IMG/VR virus record: IMGVR_UViG_3300020138_000001 | Coordinates: 1-60,871 of that record | Reading direction: 5' to 3' (one strand) | DNA: 60,871 bases | DNA from: a virus | Shown here: one piece after another, positions 19,590-27,012 of the stretch | How the letters are laid out: each line of letters starts with the position of its first letter | How positions within the stretch are numbered: the stretch's first letter is position 1 | Notes under the pieces: generated by a model | Seen by the model: only the letters and a program-made list of their open reading frames with translations | Told to the model about the DNA's origin: nothing | Databases searched by the model: none | Position numbers and translations under genes: made by a program

Positions 19590-20143
19590 TGCCTGAAACG
19601 CCGAACTATGGGTTCGAATACGAGACCCCGCAATCCAAACCCGGAATCACCCTAACCGGCGATGTAGATGGCTCTGCTCCGATCCTCGCTGAGCAGGTGG
19701 ACGCTGTAATCACCGGCATTGACACACGGCTGACGGCAGCGGAAGGCGCAGTGGCGTCTCTTCAGGAAATCGCTCCGAGCGATACCGGCTGGCAGAACGT
19801 CGCCGTATCTATGGGCGCAGGATTCAGCTTGAACTCTGTTCAAGGTCGGCAGTGGGGCCCCGTATTCTCACTCACCGTAGACGCCACTCGGACCGGATCG
19901 GACATCGTTGCGAACAGCGCTGGCAACGTCGTTGGTGACCCGCCCATTTGCACGATTACGCCAACGCTCGCACGTCCTGACCGCTTGCAGCGGGTGCTCG
20001 TTCAGTGCACTGTGACCTCCGGGGGAGGTTCCATCACTACGGCCGGAGTCGTACAGCTCACAGACTTGCACTCAAATTCGGTGCTACGGACCGATGACGG
20101 CGTTCGAGTCACGGCAACCTATTTCGTATCCTCGTTCAACTAA
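19589..20143 (+). CDS. Minor tail protein / receptor-binding candidate (paralogue A)
   Basis: The N-terminus MPETPNYGFEYETPQSKPGITLTG...APILAEQVD is shared with the next gene. Confidence 0.6.
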   Translation: MPETPNYGFEYETPQSKPGITLTGDVDGSAPILAEQVDAVITGIDTRLTAAEGAVASLQEIAPSDTGWQNVAVSMGAGFSLNSVQGRQWGPVFSLTVDATRTGSDIVANSAGNVVGDPPICTITPTLARPDRLQRVLVQCTVTSGGGSITTAGVVQLTDLHSNSVLRTDDGVRVTATYFVSSFN

Positions 20144-20152
20144 GGAGCAGCC

Positions 20153-20638
20153 GTGCCGAACACGTCGAACTACAACTTCGAGTACGAATCCCCTACGTCG
20201 ATCCCTGGCACGTCCATCACGGGGGGTCCGCAGGGTGGTTCTCCGATCCTCGCAGTTCAGGTAGATACTGCCCTTGCTTCCGTCGAAACGAAGGTGGACG
20301 TCAACGCGACGAACATCGGAGCTAACACTTCCGACATCACGGCGCTTCAAGAGGATTTGACCGACCTCGCGAGCTGGACTCGGAGCGGCACAGTACTGCT
20401 GAACTTCAGCAACTTGGACTCGTACACTGCTCCGGTTGTATTCGGATTCACCTTCCCCGGAACACCAGTGGTTACGACGAATATCAGCATCGGCGCTGCT
20501 TCGGCTGCTCGATGGGACTCTCGTGGCATCTCAGTGAACCCTACTGGCTTCACGATGTTCGTGTACTCCAACGCGAACGGAGATTCGTCTAGCTGGAGTG
20601 ATGTGCCCGTAAACTGGATTGCGCACTACGATGCTTAG
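20153..20638 (+). CDS. Minor tail protein / receptor-binding candidate (paralogue B)
   Basis: The N-terminus MPNTSNYNFEYESPTSIPGTSITG...SPILAVQVD matches the previous gene, while the C-terminus diverges. GTG start after aaggag. Confidence 0.6.
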   Translation: MPNTSNYNFEYESPTSIPGTSITGGPQGGSPILAVQVDTALASVETKVDVNATNIGANTSDITALQEDLTDLASWTRSGTVLLNFSNLDSYTAPVVFGFTFPGTPVVTTNISIGAASAARWDSRGISVNPTGFTMFVYSNANGDSSSWSDVPVNWIAHYDA

Positions 20639-21023
20639 AAACGCCTCGGGTTCTCCAAGTGACGCCGCAGTATAGGCACGTTTGCGTGTTCGTCTCCGAC
20701 ATGGCGGCGAGCAGTGTAGCTGAGCATATCGGGCACTTCGATCGCTTCCGGGCCCGAGTGATCTTTTTCCGTTGTTTAACCGTCATGCCTCCCCATGTCC
20801 CGTAGTGCTCCGGAGTGGTGATAGCGGTGATGAGGCACTTCCGACGTACAGGACAAGTGCCGCATACCGCCTCAGCTATCGGGTCTGGAGTCAGAGCATC
20901 ATCCTCTGAGTCCCAAGGGTTGTACTCGGAAGTAGCCTTATCCCTGCACGCAGCGTTATCTCTCCAATCACGAGAAAGCTCATGGCCGAAGCCATGAGCT
21001 TTCCCCTCACCCGGTTTATGCAA
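20589..21023 (-). CDS. whiB: WhiB-family Fe-S transcription factor with a C-terminal CxxC...CxxC extension
   Basis: C-X27-C-X2-C-X5-C (ACRD...AVCGTCPVRRKC) plus the GTWGG turn. TTG start after aggag. Carries an extra CPICS...CLYCG tail. Confidence 0.8.
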   Translation of the reverse strand: MHKPGEGKAHGFGHELSRDWRDNAACRDKATSEYNPWDSEDDALTPDPIAEAVCGTCPVRRKCLITAITTPEHYGTWGGMTVKQRKKITRARKRSKCPICSATLLAAMSETNTQTCLYCGVTWRTRGVSKHRSAQSSLRAHHSS

Positions 21024-21031
21024 ATTTTCTC

Positions 21032-21514
21032 CTAGAACTTACTAGCGCAAATGGGCCCGATGCCGTTGGCGATGCTCTCCTCGTTCGTCAGCAGACGACC
21101 GCAGTTGCAGCAGGTGCCGGTGATCTGCCCGTACTCCATCGCTTGTTCGAGCGTCATCCGATGTTCGGCGGTAATGAAGAGCAGCGGGCGCTTCCCCTTG
21201 TATTCGAACCTGCCTTCGATGAGCTGCTTTGTAACGAGCTGCGGCGCACGTTCCTCGCTGCCTCGCGTGAAATACACCTTGTAGATGTCTTCCCCGACCT
21301 GGTACATCCCTTCATCAAGCTCAGCCGCACGGTTAACAGTCGGCATCGCTTTGTACTCCGTGATTTTCGCCGAAGCATCTGCTTTCGACAGCTTGTGCGT
21401 GTCGAGCCACGCAAGAGCTTCGGCCGGGTCCTCAAGCTTTTCCGCAAGCAGGTTGCGGAGAAACTTGATCTGAGCGTCGGAGGCGGGGGAGGAAGTAGCA
21501 AGCACGGTGGTCAT
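21032..21514 (-). CDS. DUF6011-type protein (C-terminal zinc-ribbon motif)
   Basis: The C-terminus TGTCCNCGRLLTNEESIANGIGPICASKF fits the DUF6011 signature. The start was chosen at MTTVLATS after gaagggacgaaag. Confidence 0.6.
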   Translation of the reverse strand: MTTVLATSSPASDAQIKFLRNLLAEKLEDPAEALAWLDTHKLSKADASAKITEYKAMPTVNRAAELDEGMYQVGEDIYKVYFTRGSEERAPQLVTKQLIEGRFEYKGKRPLLFITAEHRMTLEQAMEYGQITGTCCNCGRLLTNEESIANGIGPICASKF

Positions 21515-21577
21515 CTTTCGTCCCTTCGTCGTTGATGTTTTTAGCATACACCATCGATTTCGGGTCCTGCACGGGGG

Positions 21578-21841
21578 TCAACATTTTTTGTTGATCTCGG
21601 AACGTAGATGTTCCCTACGGTCCGCTACCTCCATCATCGTTGCTTCATCCCCGCTCAATCCGGCATCAAGTCCTTCGCTCACCAGGGAGGCCAGATCTTC
21701 GCTCAGCGCTCCGCACTCGTTGCTGCCGTCCGAAGCGCTAGCGGCTCCGATCGCGATCCCGAGAATGAGCGATCCGACCGAAGCGGAAGCGGTGATCCAT
21801 CCCCACCGGCGCTTGGCGCGCTTGCCTCCGTATACCGTCAT
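21578..21841 (-). CDS. Small signal-anchored or secreted protein
   Basis: MTVYGGKRAKRRWGWITASASVGSLILGIAIGAASA has a basic N-terminus followed by a hydrophobic helix. ATG after ggaggctggt. Confidence 0.5.
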   Translation of the reverse strand: MTVYGGKRAKRRWGWITASASVGSLILGIAIGAASASDGSNECGALSEDLASLVSEGLDAGLSGDEATMMEVADRREHLRSEINKKC

Positions 21842-22083
21842 ACCAGCCTCCGTGCCCGTGGCGCGTTCGCGAATCGCTGAGCAATGCGCTCCGCTCCACG
21901 CCTGGAGCGGCACGAGCGCGAGTCGATCGGCTCGGTTCCCCAATCTGCGGATGCAGGTTGCACCCACAGGGAGACTTTCGCCCGTGGGGGAGCCACGAGG
22001 ATGAATCGGTACCGTGCCGTCTCAGCGCGGAACGTGTTCATACTGTCGGCGTGTTTGGTCCAGTGCAGCCTAGGGTGTTTCAT
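21838..22083 (-). CDS. Hypothetical basic protein (81 aa)
   Basis: ATGA overlaps at both ends (22080..22083 and 21838..21841) couple it to its neighbours. Confidence 0.45.
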   Translation of the reverse strand: MKHPRLHWTKHADSMNTFRAETARYRFILVAPPRAKVSLWVQPASADWGTEPIDSRSCRSRRGAERIAQRFANAPRARRLV

Positions 22084-23903
22084 TCATTTCCTTTCGTCCG
22101 ATTCTTCGCGTTTTCAAGTACTGTTCTCCGGTACCCGCGCGCCTTCTCTCCCGTTCCGATAGCAAAGGCGTTCGGCTCCGGAGCGACCCCAGATGCTCTC
22201 ATACGAGCATGCACTTCAGCGTCCGTGACGCCAAGAGCGTTGGATAGCCGCGCTGTCGATACGCCGTTGTAGCCTTCAGAGAGCTGCAACGCCACATCGA
22301 GCACGGACTGCTCTCGGGTCTGCGCGGCAATCTCGCGACGCCACGCCTTCCGCGCGGGAAGAGCTTTTACGTGTTCTTTTGTCATATACCATACCCGCAC
22401 GGGATTCGGAGTTCTATCCTCCCCCTGAACGCGCACGAGCGCCCATCCGCCTTTCTGCAAATCCTCCGCATGCCACCCTTTCAGGGTCGCATCCTCTCCG
22501 AGTACGTTCCGGGTTTCTACCGGCGACGGCACTGCAAGTGCGATCTGTGTCGTGAGCTGCATTGAGATAGCGGAGTCAAGTCCCCGGCCGCTACCCGTTA
22601 CTGTCGGTTTCTGCGTCGCCCAGTAGAGCACGATCTCGGCTGATCTTGCGCGTCGAGCGATGGAGCGGAGACCGGTGATGCAGTCCTCCACCTCCGAGAT
22701 GAGTTCAGCGCCCTCATCGATGGCGACGACGATTCTCGGGCGCTCTTCGGTGGGAACCCACTTATCGAGCGATTGCGCTCGCATGATTGATTCGCGCTCG
22801 CGCATCTCTTCGACCAGCTCAGCAACGAAGTGCTCAATGCCGTCAGGCTCAGACTCAACACGCGCAGTGTGCGACCACAACGCGCCTTCGACCTTCAAAT
22901 CGATGATGCCTAGTACCGTGTGCTTGCGCCGGAGCGCTTTCGCGAAAAGTACCCGGAGCGCTACCGACTTACCCGCGCCGGACATCCCCGCTACAAGCAC
23001 ACGATCCGTGTCGTCTACGTCGACCACTTCGCCCGTGTCGGCGTCGAGTCCGATTCCCCTCCGCTCGGGTGTCCAGGTGAGATCGAGTTCCCTCACTCTT
23101 GTGCGGATACGCAGCAACGCCCGGTCGGCCGTACCTCCGGGATTGATCTGGGTACGGACATCGTCTGGCACCGCGAGCAGCGCTCGCACCTGGTCAATCT
23201 GCATCCCGAGTTTCGCTGGCGTCCACTGCCCCCGGAATCCGATCGGAACGAGCAGCCCGGACTCATCGATCACCGGATGGTCCGTGATGATGTCCTGAAG
23301 CTTCCGTTCAGACGCGTAGTCTTCCCAAGAGGCAATGCGGTGAATGATCTCCGATTCCACGGCAGTGGGTTTCAATCCGCTCGCCTTCAGCCTCTTCGCA
23401 GGCAGCTTGATCTTTCGCTCATGATCAGGAGCGTCACCGCTCATTCGCTCACCACCCCGCTCATCGGAGCGTTGCACCCATCCATCCCACGCTAGGTAGA
23501 TGTAGGCAGCGGGCCAAACGCTCATCCATCCGGGGTCACCGCTCATGAGCGCTACTGGCGGATAGACGATGAGCGCGCATGGAGCGCTCACGACCGCGAT
23601 GGATCGGAGCGTTCGCACTCCGAGCGCTCGTGACTTCAGTTCGAGATCGGTCATGGGACGCTCGGGCGCTCTTGGCGGTCGCTGTGAGCGCTTCGGCCTG
23701 CGGGCACGAGCGCGCGCTTCCCGAGCGGTACGGACTTCGCGTGAGCGCTCTTCACGAGCGCGCATGAGTTCTTCGAGCCCTTCGGCACGCGCCCAATCGC
23801 GAGCGCTCATAGCGTGGCGGCGCGCGCCTCGCAGAAACAACTTCCACGAAGCGCGCGCCAAACGCGCCGGAGCGCGCATTTCCTTCTCGTTGTCGTCAGC
23901 CAC
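22080..23903 (-). CDS. FtsK/SpoIIIE/TraB-like DNA translocase with N-terminal transmembrane segments and a C-terminal HTH-like tail
   Basis: Walker A VLVAGMSGAGKSVAL and Walker B RIVVAIDEGAEL. Two N-terminal hydrophobic helices. C-terminus VSTARLSNALGVTDAEVHARMRASGV. Confidence 0.8.
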   Translation of the reverse strand: MADDNEKEMRAPARLARASWKLFLRGARRHAMSARDWARAEGLEELMRAREERSREVRTAREARARARRPKRSQRPPRAPERPMTDLELKSRALGVRTLRSIAVVSAPCALIVYPPVALMSGDPGWMSVWPAAYIYLAWDGWVQRSDERGGERMSGDAPDHERKIKLPAKRLKASGLKPTAVESEIIHRIASWEDYASERKLQDIITDHPVIDESGLLVPIGFRGQWTPAKLGMQIDQVRALLAVPDDVRTQINPGGTADRALLRIRTRVRELDLTWTPERRGIGLDADTGEVVDVDDTDRVLVAGMSGAGKSVALRVLFAKALRRKHTVLGIIDLKVEGALWSHTARVESEPDGIEHFVAELVEEMRERESIMRAQSLDKWVPTEERPRIVVAIDEGAELISEVEDCITGLRSIARRARSAEIVLYWATQKPTVTGSGRGLDSAISMQLTTQIALAVPSPVETRNVLGEDATLKGWHAEDLQKGGWALVRVQGEDRTPNPVRVWYMTKEHVKALPARKAWRREIAAQTREQSVLDVALQLSEGYNGVSTARLSNALGVTDAEVHARMRASGVAPEPNAFAIGTGEKARGYRRTVLENAKNRTKGNE

Positions 23904-24354
23904 CGAACAGCTCTCCCACCGATACCCAGACCCACAGCGTCAATCCGCCGTAGATGCCCTCTCGAACGAAGCCACCCACGAAGCCGCCCGCGCCGTGCGC
24001 AGCGATCGGGGCGATGATGAGGGCCCAAACGGCCGCAATGTTGTACGTGGCGTCAATGAGCAGGTCAGCAATGGTCCCGACCAGTGCCAGCAGGCAAATG
24101 ACGCCCATGACCGTTGACGCAGGCGCACCGATCCCGCTGAGGATGCCGCTGATACCGCCGGAGATGTTGGCGGACCAGGCGGAGGCATACCACATGAGCG
24201 ACCCCATGATGGCGATTGGCAAGACCACCCACGGTGACCAGTTGTTTCCTTCAAGTCTCCGGTTGAGGTACCACGCTGCAACGAAGAACAGCAGCGCGAT
24301 CCACTCGACTCCGGGGATTTGTACTACGTTGTCGTCGGTTATGTACCGGTCCAT
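23896..24354 (-). CDS. Polytopic membrane protein (about 4 TM)
   Basis: Start at MDRYITDD after gaaaggataggg. Long hydrophobic, Gly-rich helices. Confidence 0.6.
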   Translation of the reverse strand: MDRYITDDNVVQIPGVEWIALLFFVAAWYLNRRLEGNNWSPWVVLPIAIMGSLMWYASAWSANISGGISGILSGIGAPASTVMGVICLLALVGTIADLLIDATYNIAAVWALIIAPIAAHGAGGFVGGFVREGIYGGLTLWVWVSVGELFGG

Positions 24355-24380
24355 CCCTATCCTTTCGTCTACATCTCTAT

Positions 24381-24397
24381 CTATTTCATTATAGCTC
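24381..24397 (-). promoter_or_regulatory. Promoter-like box with a perfect TATAAT (minus strand: gagctataatgaaatag)
   Basis: An AT-rich island in GC-rich DNA, about 30-40 nt upstream of the 24354 start. Confidence 0.45.
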
Positions 24398-24401
24398 ACC
24401 T

Positions 24402-24588
24402 GGCACGGCACACCGGGACCGGCCCCTGGTAAACGCTGTGACCTGCGAAAACGCTGCTGACGATTCGATTCGGCACACCGTGCCAATCGTGCCAGTCGGG
24501 TGTTTTCGCAGGTCATCGTGGGTTCCGGGGTGTGCCGCGCTCAGTTCGGCCGTGCCAGAGCGGCACACCCACTGTTCCAGGTGTGCCG
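24402..24588. promoter_or_regulatory. Operator-like region: five CGGCACACC/GGTGTGCCG boxes plus a 13-bp inverted repeat
   Basis: Boxes at 24406, 24471 and 24561 (+) and at 24529 and 24580 (-). Inverted repeat gacctgcgaaaac (24440..24452) / gttttcgcaggtc (24502..24514). Confidence 0.5.
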
Positions 24589-24599
24589 CTCATGGCGTC

Positions 24600-25823
24600 C
24601 TAGGAGCGCAGCGCCTGACGGACCGGCGAGACCCACTTACGGCAGTACGACTCGGACTTGCTGAACGCTTCGGCAAGCTGCGCGCCGGTGGGGAGCGTGC
24701 CGTTCGTCCGCGCGTAGATCGTCGTCCACTCGCGCGCATCCTCCGGGCCCGCAAAGAACCGGGCGATGATCGATTCCATGTCGCTGTCGGTCGGAGCGCT
24801 CACGGTCGTGACAGAAGCGCTCGCTTCGATAGCGGGAGCGTCGTCGGCAGGAGCGATCTCTTCGTGAGCGCTCATCTCGACGGCGGGAGCGGGAGGAGCG
24901 CTCACAGGCCGAGCGACGTTCACACGAGCGCTTCGAGCGATCTTCGGAGCGCGCTCATCCCACGGGTTCATGTGAGCGACCGCTTCAGGGGCGAGCGCTC
25001 GCGCTCCAACATACCGAGCGGCAACGCGCGTCTGAATACGAGCGCGCACTTCGGGAGTCAGGATTCCGAGCGCGTCAGCAGCAGCCCAAGCGCGATCGAA
25101 AAGCCGCGAGCGGAGCGGCCGGAGCAGTCGAACACTCATGTTCGCGGCGTACCCGTGATTCACAATCCGGGTGATGAGCTGTTCAGTGAGCAGCGCATTG
25201 GCGTCCTGCGAGGTGGCCTTGCCGCGCTTCATGCGGTACCAGGTGAGCAGCGCAGAAGGCTTGTGCTCACGGCCGAAGGTGATGACCACGTGCCAGGCCA
25301 CGGCCGCCAGGAGCGGCCACAGCGCGAAGATGATGTTCTCTCCGCCCCACCAGGCAATGCAGCCCATGAGGGAGGCCATCGACCACACGCCGACCTCATA
25401 CCAGTTGAAGCCGGAGCCCTTCGTCATGTGCCACAGCGAGAGCGCTCCGAGAATCGCCAGGAACGCTTCGAAGACGACGACGACGCTAATCGCCGTATCG
25501 ATCGAGTGCAGTCCGACGCGGTTCATCGCCGCGATCGTGGCATGAGCGCTCAGGTTCGTGGCGGCGAGCGCTACGAGCGCTACAGCGCTCATGAGCGCGA
25601 ATCGAAGCCGAGCGTTGTAGCGCTCACCGGATTCGCGGCGCTCACGCTTGCGCTCGGCGCGCGCCTTCCACTCCGGAGCCTTGAGCGCTGCCCAAGCGGC
25701 GGCCTTCTCCTTGGCGCGCGCTCGCGCGCCGCGCGTGGTGGCTACAACGCTCACGATGAGCGCGAGCGCTCCAAGAGCGCTCATTGCGATGATCGCTCCA
25801 GCGGTGTTGGGTTCGAGTTCCAT
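24600..25823 (-). CDS. Polytopic membrane protein with a cytoplasmic C-terminal HTH-like region (possibly DUF2637-like)
   Basis: Start MELEPNTAG after gaggag. The upstream extension is rejected because it would overlap 25919..26266 and the terminator. Several TM helices, then an Ala/Pro-rich linker and ...GAQLAEAFSKSESYCRKWV. Confidence 0.55.
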   Translation of the reverse strand: MELEPNTAGAIIAMSALGALALIVSVVATTRGARARAKEKAAAWAALKAPEWKARAERKRERRESGERYNARLRFALMSAVALVALAATNLSAHATIAAMNRVGLHSIDTAISVVVVFEAFLAILGALSLWHMTKGSGFNWYEVGVWSMASLMGCIAWWGGENIIFALWPLLAAVAWHVVITFGREHKPSALLTWYRMKRGKATSQDANALLTEQLITRIVNHGYAANMSVRLLRPLRSRLFDRAWAAADALGILTPEVRARIQTRVAARYVGARALAPEAVAHMNPWDERAPKIARSARVNVARPVSAPPAPAVEMSAHEEIAPADDAPAIEASASVTTVSAPTDSDMESIIARFFAGPEDAREWTTIYARTNGTLPTGAQLAEAFSKSESYCRKWVSPVRQALRS

Positions 25824-25869
25824 CGGTAATCTCCTCATCTTGTCGTCGTGAGCGAATTCTATCAGACAA

Positions 25870-25906
25870 CGAAAAAGAGCGCTCATCCGGGGGGATGAGC
25901 GCTCTT
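25870..25906 (-). terminator. Rho-independent terminator (minus strand) built from two GAGCGCTCAT motif copies
   Basis: Minus strand: aagagcgctcatcc-cccc-ggatgagcgctctt followed by tttc, giving a 14-bp perfect stem. Confidence 0.7.
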
Positions 25907-25918
25907 CATGAGCGATCG

Positions 25919-26266
25919 CTACACCATGATCGATACCGTGAGAGCGATTATGATTGCGCAGGTTATGAAGTTCTTGAGCGCGTCCATCGGCTGGTACTTC
26001 TTGGGAGCATCGTGCATGTGCGGCAACCGCAGTACCCACCCTCCCCACATCACCGCAGGGATGCCGATCCACCCGACCACATCCCAGGCGCTCTCCGGGG
26101 CCCACGTGAGCGCTACGCACACTGTGATCGTCCCGTACAGGAACGCTCCCGTAGCGATCTCGTTTCGCCGGTTATCGCCTTTGGGCGTCTGTCCGATCAC
26201 TACGAATCCGTACGCCCCTGACAGGAGCATTAGGAAAATCAGTATCAATTGCCAGGCCAGCGCCAT
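25919..26266 (-). CDS. Membrane protein (about 4 TM)
   Basis: 115 aa, hydrophobic throughout. ATG after acgacgaaagga. It lies just downstream of the tRNA array. Confidence 0.6.
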   Translation of the reverse strand: MALAWQLILIFLMLLSGAYGFVVIGQTPKGDNRRNEIATGAFLYGTITVCVALTWAPESAWDVVGWIGIPAVMWGGWVLRLPHMHDAPKKYQPMDALKNFITCAIIIALTVSIMV

Positions 26267-26293
26267 TACTCATCCTTTCGTCGTAGGTCATAG

Positions 26294-26364
26294 AGGCGTG
26301 AACGGGAGTCGAACCCGTCTAACTGGATTTGCAGTCCAGTACCTAACCGCTCGGTCATCACGCC
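26294..26364 (-). tRNA. tRNA-Cys (GCA)
   Basis: Hand fold: acceptor ggcgtga/tcacgcc, T-loop ttcgact, anticodon loop ct-GCA-aa. No encoded CCA. Confidence 0.8.
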
Positions 26365-26483
26365 GTAACGCCGGTAGGCAGGGTTCCCGTGGTCTCGTCA
26401 ACGCCTGGCCGGGCTCTAAGATCGCGGGGCCTTGAGGCTCCGGCGGGCGGCCCCGGGGAGTCTAGAACTCCGGAGCCTTACCG

Positions 26484-26556
26484 TGGACCGTGTCGGATTC
26501 GAACCGACAACCCTCTGATTGCAAATCAGACGCTCTACCATTGGAGCTAACAGCCC
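26484..26556 (-). tRNA. tRNA-Ala (UGC)
   Basis: Acceptor gggctgt/acggtcc with G3:U70, T-loop ttcgaat, anticodon loop tt-TGC-aa. Confidence 0.8.
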
Positions 26557-26645
26557 GTGCGCCGCATGGGAGGACATGGGAGCGACATCCCCACGGGTCG
26601 GAACTTACCCCCGACCATACACACCGTGCACAGCGTGCGTATCCG

Positions 26646-26718
26646 TGCACCGAGAAGGACTCGAACCTTCGACCAACGGTGTGTAAAACCGCCGCTCTTG
26701 CCGCTGAGCTACCGGTGC
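26646..26718 (-). tRNA. tRNA-Val (UAC)
   Basis: Acceptor gcaccgg/tcggtgc, T-loop ttcgagt, anticodon loop tt-TAC-ac. Confidence 0.8.
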
Positions 26719-26719
26719 G

Positions 26720-26792
26720 TGCAGCATCCGGGAATCGAACCCGGGTCTATGAGCCTGAAGCTCATCGCATTGCCCATTCATGCTGATGCCGC
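26720..26792 (-). tRNA. tRNA with anticodon UCA (opal-suppressor-like or UGA-reading)
   Basis: 73 nt, class I. Acceptor gcggcat/atgctgc, D stem gcat/atgc, perfect anticodon stem atgag/ctcat, loop ct-TCA-gg, T arm ccggg-ttcgatt-cccgg, A73. Confidence 0.65.
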
Positions 26793-26793
26793 G

Positions 26794-26868
26794 TAGCGAG
26801 CCCGAGATTTGAACTCGGAACCACGATCGTATCAGGATCGCGCTCTAACCAAATTGAGCTAACTCGCC
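26794..26868 (-). tRNA. tRNA-Ile (GAU)
   Basis: Anticodon stem cgatc/gatcg, loop ct-GAT-ac, T-loop ttcaaat. Confidence 0.8.
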
Positions 26869-26869
26869 G

Positions 26870-26943
26870 TACCTCGCGCAGGATTCGAACCCGCGACCGC
26901 AGAGGGTAGAAGCCTCCGGCTCTGTCCACTGAGCTAGCGAGGT
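26870..26943 (-). tRNA. tRNA-Arg (UCU)
   Basis: Perfect acceptor acctcgc/gcgaggt, loop ct-TCT-ac, T-loop ttcgaat. Confidence 0.75.
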
Positions 26944-27012
26944 GTGCGGTCCGCCCGTCGCCTACGAAACGAACCGGGCGGACCTTCATTCCTGCAACTC
27001 CCGAAGGAGCTG

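Noticed and set aside
24438-25829. 463-aa + strand ORF opposite the membrane-protein gene
   Set aside because: The product is Arg/Ser/Gly-rich nonsense, and the ORF spans the operator-like intergenic region. The opposite strand encodes coherent TM helices with an RBS.
23548-26114. AGCGCT enrichment explained simply by Ser-Ala (AGC-GCT) dipeptide repeats
   Set aside because: The hexamer is found in all three codon phases, encoding different dipeptides, and also in the non-coding terminator at 25875..25906. A peptide repeat cannot account for that.
26557-26645. Possible degenerate tRNA in the Ala-Val spacer (ggtcgg-aacttaccc-ccgacc hairpin)
   Set aside because: There is no TTCGA-type loop and no matching acceptor or D arm, and the loop is 9 nt. 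I treated it as spacer structure only.
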